From an uncultured bacterium (GTDB lineage: Bacteria; Hydrogenedentota; Hydrogenedentia; Hydrogenedentales; JAEUWI01): a stretch of DNA of 10,456 nucleotides. Position numbers and translations under genes: made by a program. The notes beneath the pieces are model-generated. The model worked only from the letters and a program-made list of their open reading frames with translations. It was not told where the DNA came from and made no database searches. Where the stretch lies: NCBI GenBank assembly GCA_963977445.1, contig CAXBPH010000246.1, positions 1 to 10,456 on the forward strand, read 5' to 3'. Shown here piece after piece: positions 1-8,150 of this stretch (within the stretch, counting starts at the first letter, position 1; the number at the start of each line of letters is the position of its first letter).

Positions 1-1
1 C

Positions 2-1048
2 AAGAATGCCCCCGTCGTAGTTTTGAATCTGGGCCAGATCACTGGGCAAGTTGCCCACGTGGGTCTGTTCGACGAGGATGCCTTCCCGGCTCAGGGCATC
101 GTAGAGTTGGGTGCTTGTATCGTCGGGGCCACTGACATAGAGTACACGGGGTTCCCCATGGACGGTCGTGAAGGCCCGGCCCACGTTATTCTCGCGGACG
201 CTGTCTTGCTCGGCATCGACCCGCACTTCGTATTCGAAGAAACCGGCCTCTGCCGCTTCCTGGGTCAGCACAAAGACATTGTCCCCGGCCTTCAGTTGAA
301 CCGGCTGGGGAGCGAGCATCTGGCGGTCACTTCCCGTGCGCCGCAAGACATTTAGATTTGCGGGACCGGCTTCATCGGCGTGAACGACGATACGCAGCTG
401 AAAGGGCTCTTCCGTGTTGGCCTGCTGGGGCGTACTGACTTCCTGAATCCGGACTTCGCTGGGGCGCTCCATTTGCACGGGCACGACATCTATCGCGATG
501 CCATCGGCCTGGGCGAGTTTAATGTCTTCGAGGGCCGCCCCCTGGGTTTCGTTGCCATCGCTGAACAATACGATGCGGCGCATATACCCTTGGGGAAAAG
601 CCGCCATCGCCAGGCGTACGGCGGCCGCCACGTCGGTCTGTTCACCACTGACGAAGGACTGGATGGTGCCGAGATCGAGCGTCTCGGCCACGTCAAGCTC
701 GATACTGGCGTCCTCACCGAATACGATGACCCCGGTTTCGTCATCCTCCGTCATGAAGCTTTCGCAATAGTTGCGCACCCACTGGGTAGACGCCAGCCGT
801 ATTTCGTCAGGAATGCTATTGGAGTGATCCAGGAGGAAAAAGACGGCCAGCTTATCCCGTCGGTGTACCCACTCCGCACCGGCAAGGGCGGCAATGACCA
901 GCAACAGAATGATACTGCGCAGGGCGACCGTAATGCCTTTGCGGGTCGGGTTGAGGGAACGAATGCGCAGGCCCATATAAATAGCCCACGGAATCGTGAG
1001 GAGCAGGATCAGCACCCAGGGATCGGCGAAACGAAGTCCCCCAATCAT
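2..1048 (-). CDS. BatA-like N-terminal TM + von Willebrand factor A (vWA) domain protein, probably continuing into a GATase1-like domain (3' end outside window)
   Basis: Not in the ORF track; translated by hand from ATG at 1048, open to the window edge: MIGGLRFADPWVLILLLTIPWAIYMG...RKGITVALRSIILLLVIAALAG (BatA-like double TM), then AVFFLLDHSNS (MIDAS DxSxS), EQTDVAAAV (MIDAS Thr), RRIVLFSDGNET (MIDAS Asp), a beta-rich segment ending ENN, then PRVLYV...NYDGGIL. The start overlaps the stop of the NHL gene (ATGA, 1045-1048). Confidence 0.9.
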   Translation of the reverse strand, partial: MIGGLRFADPWVLILLLTIPWAIYMGLRIRSLNPTRKGITVALRSIILLLVIAALAGAEWVHRRDKLAVFFLLDHSNSIPDEIRLASTQWVRNYCESFMTEDDETGVIVFGEDASIELDVAETLDLGTIQSFVSGEQTDVAAAVRLAMAAFPQGYMRRIVLFSDGNETQGAALEDIKLAQADGIAIDVVPVQMERPSEVRIQEVSTPQQANTEEPFQLRIVVHADEAGPANLNVLRRTGSDRQMLAPQPVQLKAGDNVFVLTQEAAEAGFFEYEVRVDAEQDSVRENNVGRAFTTVHGEPRVLYVSGPDDTSTQLYDALSREGILVEQTHVGNLPSDLAQIQNYDGGIL

Positions 1049-1971
1049 GCGGTCACCGTCTGCGCCTGAAAGACCTGGATACGGTGGTTGTCCGTATCGG
1101 CCACGAATACCTTGTTCTCGAAAGAGACGGCGACGCCTCGGGGGGCATTGAGCTGTCCTGGGCCACGCCCGGCGCTCCCGAACAGTTCTATCAAGGCCCC
1201 GTCCGGCGTAAAGCGTGAAACACGGTGCGCACCATACTCGGCAACATAAATAGTATCGTCGGGGCCAATGGCGAGGTCATGGGGGAATTTCAGCTGACCC
1301 GGGGCCGTCCCCGCTTCACCCACACTACGCAGCCAGTTCCCCATCGTGTCAAAACACTGGATTCGATGATTCGCCGTATCGGCCACAACGATTTCATCCC
1401 GTCTGTTCATGCCGATGGCCATGGCGCGATTAAACTGGCCCGTGGCTTCCCCATGGCTGCCCCATTGCCGTAGAAAGTGTCGTTCCTGATTGAATACGTG
1501 AATTCGTTCGGCACCCGTGCCGTATTCAGAGAGATAAAACTCGCTTTGCGGACCCAGAGCCAGCCCGGTCGGGTAGATGAAGGCATCCGATTCGGTGCCG
1601 AAATGTCCCCATTGGGTAAGTAGGGTTCCGTCCCCCGTATATTCCAGCACCCGACTGTTGTGGGTATCGGGGATCAATATACGACCATCGGGATGAAAAG
1701 TGATGGCAGTGGGGGTTCCGTTGTCTACATTGGGAACGGACCAGCTTCTCAAATAGGTGCCGGACTCATCAAAAACCTGGACGCGGCCCGTCTTGTCGAT
1801 GACGAAGACTTCGCCCTCGTGGACCCCGATGGCGCGGGGACGCAAAAACTCCCCATAGCGCCGTCCCTGACGTCCCCAGCCGTTGGCCCCATTATCTGGA
1901 TCATCGCCTGCACAACCGCATAGCAATACGGCACCTGTAGCTGCCAGGAAGTCTCGCCGATTCATATCCAT
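1045..1971 (-). CDS. NHL-repeat (6-bladed beta-propeller) protein with twin-arginine signal, possible lipoprotein
   Basis: Repeated NHL-type motifs (GEFLRPRAIGV, FIYPTGLALGP, GQFNRAMAIGM..VADTANHRIQCF, GQLKFPHDLAIGP, GQLNAPRGVAV..VADTDNHRIQVF). N-terminus MDMNRRDFLAATGAVLLCGC has an RRxFL Tat motif and a lipobox-like LCGC. Start at ATG 1971 (or 1965) is preferred over the TTG at 2022. Confidence 0.88.
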   Translation of the reverse strand: MDMNRRDFLAATGAVLLCGCAGDDPDNGANGWGRQGRRYGEFLRPRAIGVHEGEVFVIDKTGRVQVFDESGTYLRSWSVPNVDNGTPTAITFHPDGRILIPDTHNSRVLEYTGDGTLLTQWGHFGTESDAFIYPTGLALGPQSEFYLSEYGTGAERIHVFNQERHFLRQWGSHGEATGQFNRAMAIGMNRRDEIVVADTANHRIQCFDTMGNWLRSVGEAGTAPGQLKFPHDLAIGPDDTIYVAEYGAHRVSRFTPDGALIELFGSAGRGPGQLNAPRGVAVSFENKVFVADTDNHRIQVFQAQTVTA

Positions 1972-2116
1972 TGGATGCCCCACCGCAGGATAATCTCCCC
2001 ATGGTGCTGTAGATGCAGACAATCATTGTTGCGTTGATAACCGATCACACAACTCCCTTTAAAATACCGCGTTGCAACAATATCCCCCAACCCGAAACGA
2101 CAGTGATTCGATAGAG

Positions 2117-3742
2117 CTACTGCCCGTTGGAATCCGATTCGAGTGTACCAAAATAATGCCGGACAAATTCCTCTGAGCCCCGAGGAATCTCTTCCCGCGT
2201 CAATGCTTCTTCCGCCTCCTGCTGGGCCTGCACGATGGTGCCACTCATTACCTGGACGCTCGCTTCGCCGTCTTCATCCGGCGTCGTTTTCTGAATGATG
2301 CTGGCCAGAATTTTTCCCTCGTTGACCTGGCCGGGGAGCATGGTGGGCGTCATAGCTACGTCGACATCGGGGAGATCACCTACCTGGTTACCTTCACCCT
2401 GGCCCGCGCCACCCATGCCAGAACCCTTGCCAGAGCCTAGCCGGAGCCCCTTCTGATAGCCCGATTTCTTGCAGGCACCGCTACCACTGGAGTCACAGGT
2501 TCCGGAGCATTCCTTGCCTTCACAATCCCCTTTGCAGTCGCTACCTTTTTCGCACTTGCCCAGCTTCTTGCCACAATTGCGACAAAAGGGGCTTGCTCCC
2601 ATGGCGGTCTTTTCCCAGGATTTTATTTCGGCCATGGCCTTGTCCAATTGGGCAAGTTGGTCGAGGACCGACTGCATTTCCTTTTCGGAAAGCTCGAGAC
2701 TGTCCATGGCTTCCTGCATGCCTTCGGGACTGTCTGTCGAGAGGGCATCCGATGCCTTCGCGAGAGCAGCGGCCAGCGTGGAGTCCAATTGACTCTTACT
2801 GTTCTTCTGCAGCTCTTTCGACATCTCTTTTAATTCGGTCGCGAGTTTCTTTTTCTCTTCGTTGGAAAGTTTTCCCTCGGCGAGTTTTTTCTTCAGTTCG
2901 TCCATTTTCTTCTTGGCGGCGCTGAGATCACCCTGCTGGAGCTCCTTGGAGAGTCCTTTGGTAAAGGGGGATGCGTTGGCTTTGTCGCCCGCTTTGCTCA
3001 AATAGGATTTGGACTGAAGGGCCTTTTGCTCCTCTTCGAGGCTGTCCCGGAGATTTTTCACCTTGGCGAGGGCCTGCTTCTCGGTGATTTTGCCATGCTG
3101 CAAGTCTTCGGAAAGACTTTCCAATTCCTTGGCTTTGGCCTCCAACCCCGCCATGGGCACTTTATCGGGGGCCTTGAGTGCCTTGGCGACTTTTTCCAAA
3201 CGCTTGGCCTGGGCTTGCTGGGCTTCGGTGCGTACCGTCGCTTCCAGGGCACGCTCCTGGTAACCAAAGAGGTCAAATTCGGGTAGTACAAGATAGCCCA
3301 CGCCAAAGAGGATGACGGGAAGCACCAGCCATTTCGTGGCCCGGGTAGGGAGCAGGGGAAAATCACGGCCTGCATTAAGTCGGTCAAGGTGACGGAGCGC
3401 ATCCTTGTGGACAGCATCGACCATGGGGGATTGGTGGTCGGTCAATTCGAGGGAGGAGGTGAGGCGTTCCCGCAATCCCAGGCGTTCGTCGGCGGCCAGT
3501 GCGGCCATGCGGATATCCGGGCGCTGGTGGTACCAGGCCCATGCAGCGGCAAGTATTCCCAAGGCCACGATGATGCCGGCCCCTTCGAGATCGTAGCTGA
3601 GCAAGGGGAAGAGACGACAAAGGATGAGCCAGACACAGGCTATGGACGAAGTCCACAGGAGTGCCGTAGATACATGGGCAAGCCCCACTTGCGCCCAGAT
3701 CCGTTTACGTACACGATTAAGTTGATTGTGTAGCGGAGACAT
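2117..3742 (-). CDS. Membrane-anchored coiled-coil protein with Cys-rich and Gly-rich C-terminal region, of the type found in MoxR/vWA (Bat-like) clusters
   Basis: 541 aa ORF with strong RBS (GGAGGTG) 5 nt before the ATG. Three N-terminal hydrophobic segments, ADERLGLRERLTSSLEL motif, long K/E/Q/L-rich helical region, 8-Cys tract, GSGKGSGMGGAGQGEG, C-terminal EEIPRGSEEFVRHYF. Confidence 0.85.
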   Translation of the reverse strand: MSPLHNQLNRVRKRIWAQVGLAHVSTALLWTSSIACVWLILCRLFPLLSYDLEGAGIIVALGILAAAWAWYHQRPDIRMAALAADERLGLRERLTSSLELTDHQSPMVDAVHKDALRHLDRLNAGRDFPLLPTRATKWLVLPVILFGVGYLVLPEFDLFGYQERALEATVRTEAQQAQAKRLEKVAKALKAPDKVPMAGLEAKAKELESLSEDLQHGKITEKQALAKVKNLRDSLEEEQKALQSKSYLSKAGDKANASPFTKGLSKELQQGDLSAAKKKMDELKKKLAEGKLSNEEKKKLATELKEMSKELQKNSKSQLDSTLAAALAKASDALSTDSPEGMQEAMDSLELSEKEMQSVLDQLAQLDKAMAEIKSWEKTAMGASPFCRNCGKKLGKCEKGSDCKGDCEGKECSGTCDSSGSGACKKSGYQKGLRLGSGKGSGMGGAGQGEGNQVGDLPDVDVAMTPTMLPGQVNEGKILASIIQKTTPDEDGEASVQVMSGTIVQAQQEAEEALTREEIPRGSEEFVRHYFGTLESDSNGQ

Positions 3743-3798
3743 GATGTCACCTCCGGTATGTTGAACTGCCGCTGTATACCGCTATTTGCCTACGCTTC

Positions 3799-3827
3799 AG
3801 TATAGTGAAGCGTCGTGATTTGTGCAA
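3799..3827 (-). promoter_or_regulatory. Putative sigma70-type promoter for the coiled-coil/NHL/vWA genes
   Basis: Minus strand TTGCAC (3827-3822), 17 nt spacer, TATACT (3804-3799), about 55 nt upstream of ATG 3742. Confidence 0.65.
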
Positions 3828-3856
3828 TATCTTCTTCCAGGCCTCCAGCACACCAC

Positions 3857-5128
3857 CTATTCTTGAGTTACCCCAAAATCCCGACCCGTCGGCAGTGCAT
3901 CGCTATGTTGAAAATTCGTACCAAATACTTTGGTTTCAAGGGGTTGCAGCCGCGTCAAGAAACGTCCGTTCTCTACCACAACCCGTTCCGCGCCATCATA
4001 TTGATAGAGTGTCTTGCCCTCCAGCGCGGTCAGGCCATTGACCTCTATACCCATATGACCAATATTGTCTTCATTGATCAATACGATCAGACTGTCCGTG
4101 TTGTTCGATCGCGCAATATGGGCCACACCCCGCTGGGGCTCCGGGGCAGGGGCTTCGATGAGTCGAATGGAGACTTCTTCCTGTTCGGGGGTGACGAGGA
4201 AGGGTTGCAGCGTCGCCAGCTCCCGGGTGACGGCATAGAGGGACTCCAGGAAAGGCTCATTTGTCGTGTAGGCCGAGCCCCAATAAAGGATGCCCGTGGC
4301 ACCATGGGCGATGGCGTCGTAGGCCATGAAGCGGGATTCCGCGAAGGTGGGGTAGGCCTCGGGCAGCCCCTCGTCCTTCTTCACCTCGTGCCAGGAAAAA
4401 GCCTGCAACACCATCCAGACCGGTTTGCCCTCGCCCACCAGGTTAAACCGCTCCGTGTAGGGCCCTACGTTGGCGATGGGCCGTCCCACCGACTTCACGG
4501 GATAGAGGTCGCATCCCGTGATGTCCACCACGTCCATGTATTGACGCACATAGGCCGTGTCACTCTTGTAGGCTTCATTGAACCACACCGGACGTTTGTT
4601 CCCATCAATTTCCCGAATCGCAGCCACCCAATCGTGGATGTTGGGCATGATTTCAGCCGCTCGATTTTCGGCAAAGGCCACAGAATTCGGGGTCTGCGCC
4701 CACCAGGCGTTTTTCATTTCGTGGGTGCCATCGCGAAAGAGCCCGCTGAAGGCCGTAAAATTCCAGACCAGTTCATCGGGGCCTTCCCAGACGGCAAGGG
4801 CCGGATGCTTCGCCGCTTCCGTAATGCGCTCCCGCCCTGAAGCATCGAGAGACACGTGCATGGGGAGGGTAAGCCAGCCATAGATCCCATGGGCCTCGGC
4901 CCGATCCAACTCGGCCACGTTTCCTGTGTGGACCAGGTTCACCCCGGATTCGGCCATGCGGGTCGCCACCGATTCGTCGTCGGGGAAATGGTAAAAGCCG
5001 ATGGGGAAGAGCACCTTCTCATCGACATGGAGGAGGCCATCGTGGGCGAAAACAAAAGGTGATGCCAGACTGGCGACGAACAATCCGATTGGAATCAAAT
5101 ACCGAGTCTTCAGTCCTGCTGAGCGCAT
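3857..5128 (-). CDS. Secreted glycoside-hydrolase-like (beta/alpha)8-barrel protein, unclassified family
   Basis: 423 aa; signal peptide (MRSAGLKTRYLIPIGLFVASLASPFVFA-H); RBS GGAGAG. Barrel-like motifs LFPIGFY, MAESGVNLV, HPALAVWEGPDE, ITGCDLYP, KPVWMVLQAF, MAYDAIAHGATGILYW, then a beta-sandwich-like tail (LIVLINE...RLQPLETKVF). Confidence 0.75.
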   Translation of the reverse strand: MRSAGLKTRYLIPIGLFVASLASPFVFAHDGLLHVDEKVLFPIGFYHFPDDESVATRMAESGVNLVHTGNVAELDRAEAHGIYGWLTLPMHVSLDASGRERITEAAKHPALAVWEGPDELVWNFTAFSGLFRDGTHEMKNAWWAQTPNSVAFAENRAAEIMPNIHDWVAAIREIDGNKRPVWFNEAYKSDTAYVRQYMDVVDITGCDLYPVKSVGRPIANVGPYTERFNLVGEGKPVWMVLQAFSWHEVKKDEGLPEAYPTFAESRFMAYDAIAHGATGILYWGSAYTTNEPFLESLYAVTRELATLQPFLVTPEQEEVSIRLIEAPAPEPQRGVAHIARSNNTDSLIVLINEDNIGHMGIEVNGLTALEGKTLYQYDGAERVVVENGRFLTRLQPLETKVFGTNFQHSDALPTGRDFGVTQE

Positions 5129-5157
5129 GTGTCTCTCCCATAGGTTTAACTATGGCA

Positions 5158-5186
5158 AGAATAGCAGATAGAAAACGCTGTTCCAA
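5158..5186 (-). promoter_or_regulatory. Putative sigma70-type promoter (extended -10) for the GH-like gene
   Basis: Minus strand TTGGAA (5186-5181), 17 nt spacer, TATTCT (5163-5158) preceded by TGc; 30 nt upstream of ATG 5128. Confidence 0.5.
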
Positions 5187-5217
5187 CGGCGGGGACGTAA
5201 GCCGACACGAAACACAG

Positions 5218-5248
5218 CGTCATTCCCGCGAAAGAGGCTGTTGATTTA
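5218..5248 (+). repeat. Truncated half-REP plus conserved 14-nt tail (copy 1)
   Basis: CGTCATTCCCGCGAAAG-AGGCTGTTGATTTA; 25/31 identical to 7898-7928. Confidence 0.65.
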
Positions 5249-5297
5249 AGGTGCGGTGTACGAATAGAACTTACCAATCTGTATTTAGCGCTCACAA

Positions 5298-5383
5298 CGT
5301 CATTCCCGCGCAGGCGGGAATCCAGTAGGTATGCACGGTTTCTGTTTTCACGTTACTGGATCTCCGCGTTCGCGAGGATGGCG
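5298..5383. repeat. REP doublet (REPIN-like) element, copy A
   Basis: CGTCATTCCCGCGCAGGCGGGAATCCAG palindrome (ATTCCC-N8-GGGAAT type), 30-nt spacer, then inverted palindrome CTGGATCTCCGCGTTCGCGAGGATGGCG; 74/86 identical to the reverse complement of 7968-8053. Confidence 0.85.
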
Positions 5384-5468
5384 AACACGGGATTTCTGTT
5401 TCCATGACTTGTAATTTCGATTGGCGATTGCCGTTTATGTTGTCTCAGGTCTTGGACGCGCCGGAGGT

Positions 5469-5528
5469 GGGCAGGAATGCCCAAGCCCCTGAAAGGGTCG
5501 CCTTCCAGGGGCTTAGGCATTCTTGCCT
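5469..5528. repeat. Long inverted repeat, 28-bp stem with 4-nt loop
   Basis: Arms 5469-5496 and 5501-5528 are complementary at 24/28 positions; loop GTCG; lies ~140 nt downstream of the esterase stop. Confidence 0.9.
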
Positions 5529-5603
5529 GAGAAAGGGCTCTCTACAAGACATTGATGGACATCAGTGCCATGAAATGAATAGCCAAGCGGGGGCACACGA
5601 TGT

Positions 5604-5621
5604 CGCCATCCTTGCGAACGC
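5604..5621 (+). repeat. Degenerate half-REP
   Basis: CGCCATCCTTGCGAACGC matches the first 18 nt of the REP type at 7968 (CGTCATCCTCGCGAACGC) and the reverse complement of 5366-5383 (17/18). Confidence 0.6.
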
Positions 5622-5670
5622 CCTATCCCGATTTGATTGTGGACACAGGTTAGCCCATCCCAATCGTTGT

Positions 5671-7671
5671 CTAAAACTCCGTCACGGTCGGGCTGACCAC
5701 CGTAATATTTTCCGGCGCAATACGACGCTGCAGATCATCGAGATCATAAAACTGCAACGCACCATGCACCGTGTTTATCAGCTGGTCTTCGGGCCGAGCG
5801 GATTCAACGACAGCCTGCCACGAGGGAATACCACCATTCAGCGTCACGTGGGCGTATGCATCGGGATGGAGCGCAGCCGCATGCAGCGCAGGCACCGTGG
5901 ATTCACCATAGGCCGTCAATGTCACGGGTTCCTTCGTTGTTTCAGACCACCAGCTGGACACTTGCCGCAGGTCTTCCGTGCGCATACCCACGAGGGACAG
6001 GCCATTCAGATAGGCCCGCATGAAGGTGCTCCAGTCGTTGCCCACCTTCAGCCAGTCGCCACCCCATTTGTAATTCTCGGTGAGACCCATGCCCCGGAGG
6101 GAAACAAAGAGGTAGGCCTGATTCTTCGTGAGGCCCACGTCCAGGACGGACTGCAGTTCATCGAGATTGGTGTCGGGTGTGAAGATATGGGCCTGAGTCG
6201 GCGCGCCTTCACGGGGGAGGTAGGCCCGGGCAGGGAGGACAATGCCTGGCTCAGTCGTAATGAGCAGGTGCTGGACCGTGTGCTCGCCCAGTGCCTCTTC
6301 AGCAAGCACCGCGACGGTGGCGGCGGGCAAGGCGTCATCCGCGCGAATGCCGGTGAGTTCCCGAACTTTCTTCAATCCTTCTTCGGCACCATTTTCCTGC
6401 CAGAAGGTCGCCCGTTGGGCCGTGAAGCCGGCCGCACGTTCCACACTAATATCCAGCGTGCTTCGGTAACCTTCCAGGTCAGAAACCAGGCCCGTGGGGG
6501 TACATTGCAGCTCGTTATCGGTCAGAATGGCGAAATCAATTTCATCTACAGGCCCATCGATATCGAGGAGCCAGCGCTGCATCCATTGGGCCATACCTTC
6601 GCGCAAATGGATCGAGAAGCCGTGGGTATCGTCGGCTTCCACCAGACTCACCCGCTCGGGGTAGCCCAGCCGGGTGTAGAGTCGCTTGGCTTCCCGAAAG
6701 GTGCCCCAGCTCCCCTGGATGTCAAAGAAATCCTGGGTCGCCGTCAGCATGAGGGTGGGCCGGGGGGCGCGGATGTGGATGTAGTCCGCGTGGTCGAGAC
6801 CGTTCTTGATCTGTCCGAAAACATTCTGTTCACCGTCTTGCGGACCGATAGTTTCGAGAATGCGCTTCCACGAAGTGACGTAGCAGCTCGGCGCGGCGGC
6901 CAGGACCCGCTTGTCCAGCGCCATGATGTAACTCGACAACGTACCGCCCCCGGAGTTGCCCGTGACGCCAATCCTGTCCGCAATGATTTCCGGACGGCTC
7001 TGGAGGTAGTCAATCGCCCGCATACCATCCCAGACGCGGTAGCCCGCAATGGAGGAGCCCGTGAGGATGGCACCCACATCAAAAACCGTGTGTTCCACCG
7101 TTGTGCTCACATTGGGCACACCCTTTTCGTCCTGATAGTGCCGCCGTTCGCCCTGCCCGATGGGGTCATAGCAGAAGGCAGCCATGCCCTGTCGTGCCAG
7201 GAGAATACAGGCACGTTGATAGGCTTCTGCTGCTTTGCCATTCGTGCTATGCCCACAGGGAACGAGCACCGCCGGATAAGGTCCCTCCGTCACGGGCAGA
7301 AAGAGCACCGCAGTCACGAAGAAGTTCGGACGACTTTCGAAGATTACCTTTTCATAACGAAAGCCATCCCCCGTACCCGATGCCACCGTGTGCGCATTCA
7401 GGGGCGTGCGCTCAGGAAAGCCGCCCAGGGCGGACACGAAGTAGTCGTATTTTTCCTGCTGGTACGCCGCTATGTCTTCTGCGGTCTTCAGGGTTTCATA
7501 GCGCTCAGTTCGTTGGGCGATATTGGCGAAAGCGATATCTTCAAGATAGTGGTTCACCATCTCATCGGGCGTTGTGCCGCCCAAGGCCTGCTGGATTGCT
7601 TCGTTGTACTGGTCGTCTGAAAAACAGGTCAGCACAATGGCCACACCGATGAGGGTTGCAGTGATATTCAC
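5671..7671 (-). CDS. Secreted acetylxylan esterase-like / alpha-beta hydrolase (two-module)
   Basis: 666 aa, GTG start with AAGGAG RBS, hydrophobic N-terminus. Motifs YEKVIFESRP, PAVLVPCGH, YDPIGQGER, WDGMRAIDYLQSRPE, RIGVTGNSGGG (GxSxG nucleophile), APRPTL, DFF (Asp), HGF (His). A second, degenerate module follows (TEPGIVLP, LRGMG, GLSLVGMRTEDL, VHGALQFYDLDDL). Confidence 0.9.
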   Translation of the reverse strand: MNITATLIGVAIVLTCFSDDQYNEAIQQALGGTTPDEMVNHYLEDIAFANIAQRTERYETLKTAEDIAAYQQEKYDYFVSALGGFPERTPLNAHTVASGTGDGFRYEKVIFESRPNFFVTAVLFLPVTEGPYPAVLVPCGHSTNGKAAEAYQRACILLARQGMAAFCYDPIGQGERRHYQDEKGVPNVSTTVEHTVFDVGAILTGSSIAGYRVWDGMRAIDYLQSRPEIIADRIGVTGNSGGGTLSSYIMALDKRVLAAAPSCYVTSWKRILETIGPQDGEQNVFGQIKNGLDHADYIHIRAPRPTLMLTATQDFFDIQGSWGTFREAKRLYTRLGYPERVSLVEADDTHGFSIHLREGMAQWMQRWLLDIDGPVDEIDFAILTDNELQCTPTGLVSDLEGYRSTLDISVERAAGFTAQRATFWQENGAEEGLKKVRELTGIRADDALPAATVAVLAEEALGEHTVQHLLITTEPGIVLPARAYLPREGAPTQAHIFTPDTNLDELQSVLDVGLTKNQAYLFVSLRGMGLTENYKWGGDWLKVGNDWSTFMRAYLNGLSLVGMRTEDLRQVSSWWSETTKEPVTLTAYGESTVPALHAAALHPDAYAHVTLNGGIPSWQAVVESARPEDQLINTVHGALQFYDLDDLQRRIAPENITVVSPTVTEF

Positions 7672-7897
7672 AGGTACTACTCCTTCGCAACGTTAATTGG
7701 ACAAGTTCCCAGTGTGCCACGAAAAGAATAGCGCTGTCGAGGTGGGAGATATACCAAGGGTTGTCTGGCCCATTGTTGTCTTGGTGCCTCCCCTATCCGT
7801 GTCAATTCATAATACTATCTGGAATCAAATTGTTTTTTCGCAAAGATCTATTGGACCCAAACGACATAACATATTGTCCCCGTATATTTTTCAGAGC

Positions 7898-7928
7898 CGT
7901 CATCCCGGCGAAGGCGGTTGTCGATTTA
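7898..7928 (+). repeat. Truncated half-REP plus conserved 14-nt tail (copy 2)
   Basis: CGTCATCCCGGCGAAGG-CGGTTGTCGATTTA; 25/31 identical to 5218-5248. Confidence 0.65.
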
Positions 7929-7967
7929 CTACACATGGAGCATGACTATGCAAAAAAGGCCGAAGGC

Positions 7968-8053
7968 CGTCATCCTCGCGAACGCGGGGATCCAGTAACG
8001 CGAACACAGAAACCGATGATACCCTCTGGATTGCCGCCTTCGCGGCAATGACG
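7968..8053. repeat. REP doublet (REPIN-like) element, copy B, inverted relative to copy A
   Basis: CGTCATCCTCGCGAACGCGGGGATCCAG, spacer, CTGGATTGCCGCCTTCGCGGCAATGACG; the reverse complement aligns without gaps to 5298-5383. Confidence 0.85.
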
Positions 8054-8150
8054 AACCCGCTCAATATAGTTGCGGCCAACGGCTGCTCTAAGTAATCCGT
8101 GGTCAACAGTCTATCGGTTTCTGCAGGGTAAATGTTCTGTCTTTCTATCA

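Noticed and set aside
23..1069. Plus-strand ORFs 23-355 and 380-1069, and minus-strand 490-744
   Set aside because: They overlap the convincing minus-strand vWA gene (2-1048), antisense or out of frame.
2025..2081. ATTGTTGC/GCAACAAT inverted repeat upstream of the NHL gene
   Set aside because: Only 8 bp with a 41-nt gap; not distinguishable from chance.
3815..4840. 341-aa plus-strand ORF
   Set aside because: Antisense to the GH-like gene, which has a signal peptide, RBS and family motifs.
5218..5383. CRISPR array
   Set aside because: Only two to three palindromic units in mixed orientation, no regular repeat-spacer period and no cas genes.
5404..7620. 738-aa plus-strand ORF
   Set aside because: Antisense shadow of the esterase gene; no recognisable motifs, and it starts within repeat DNA.
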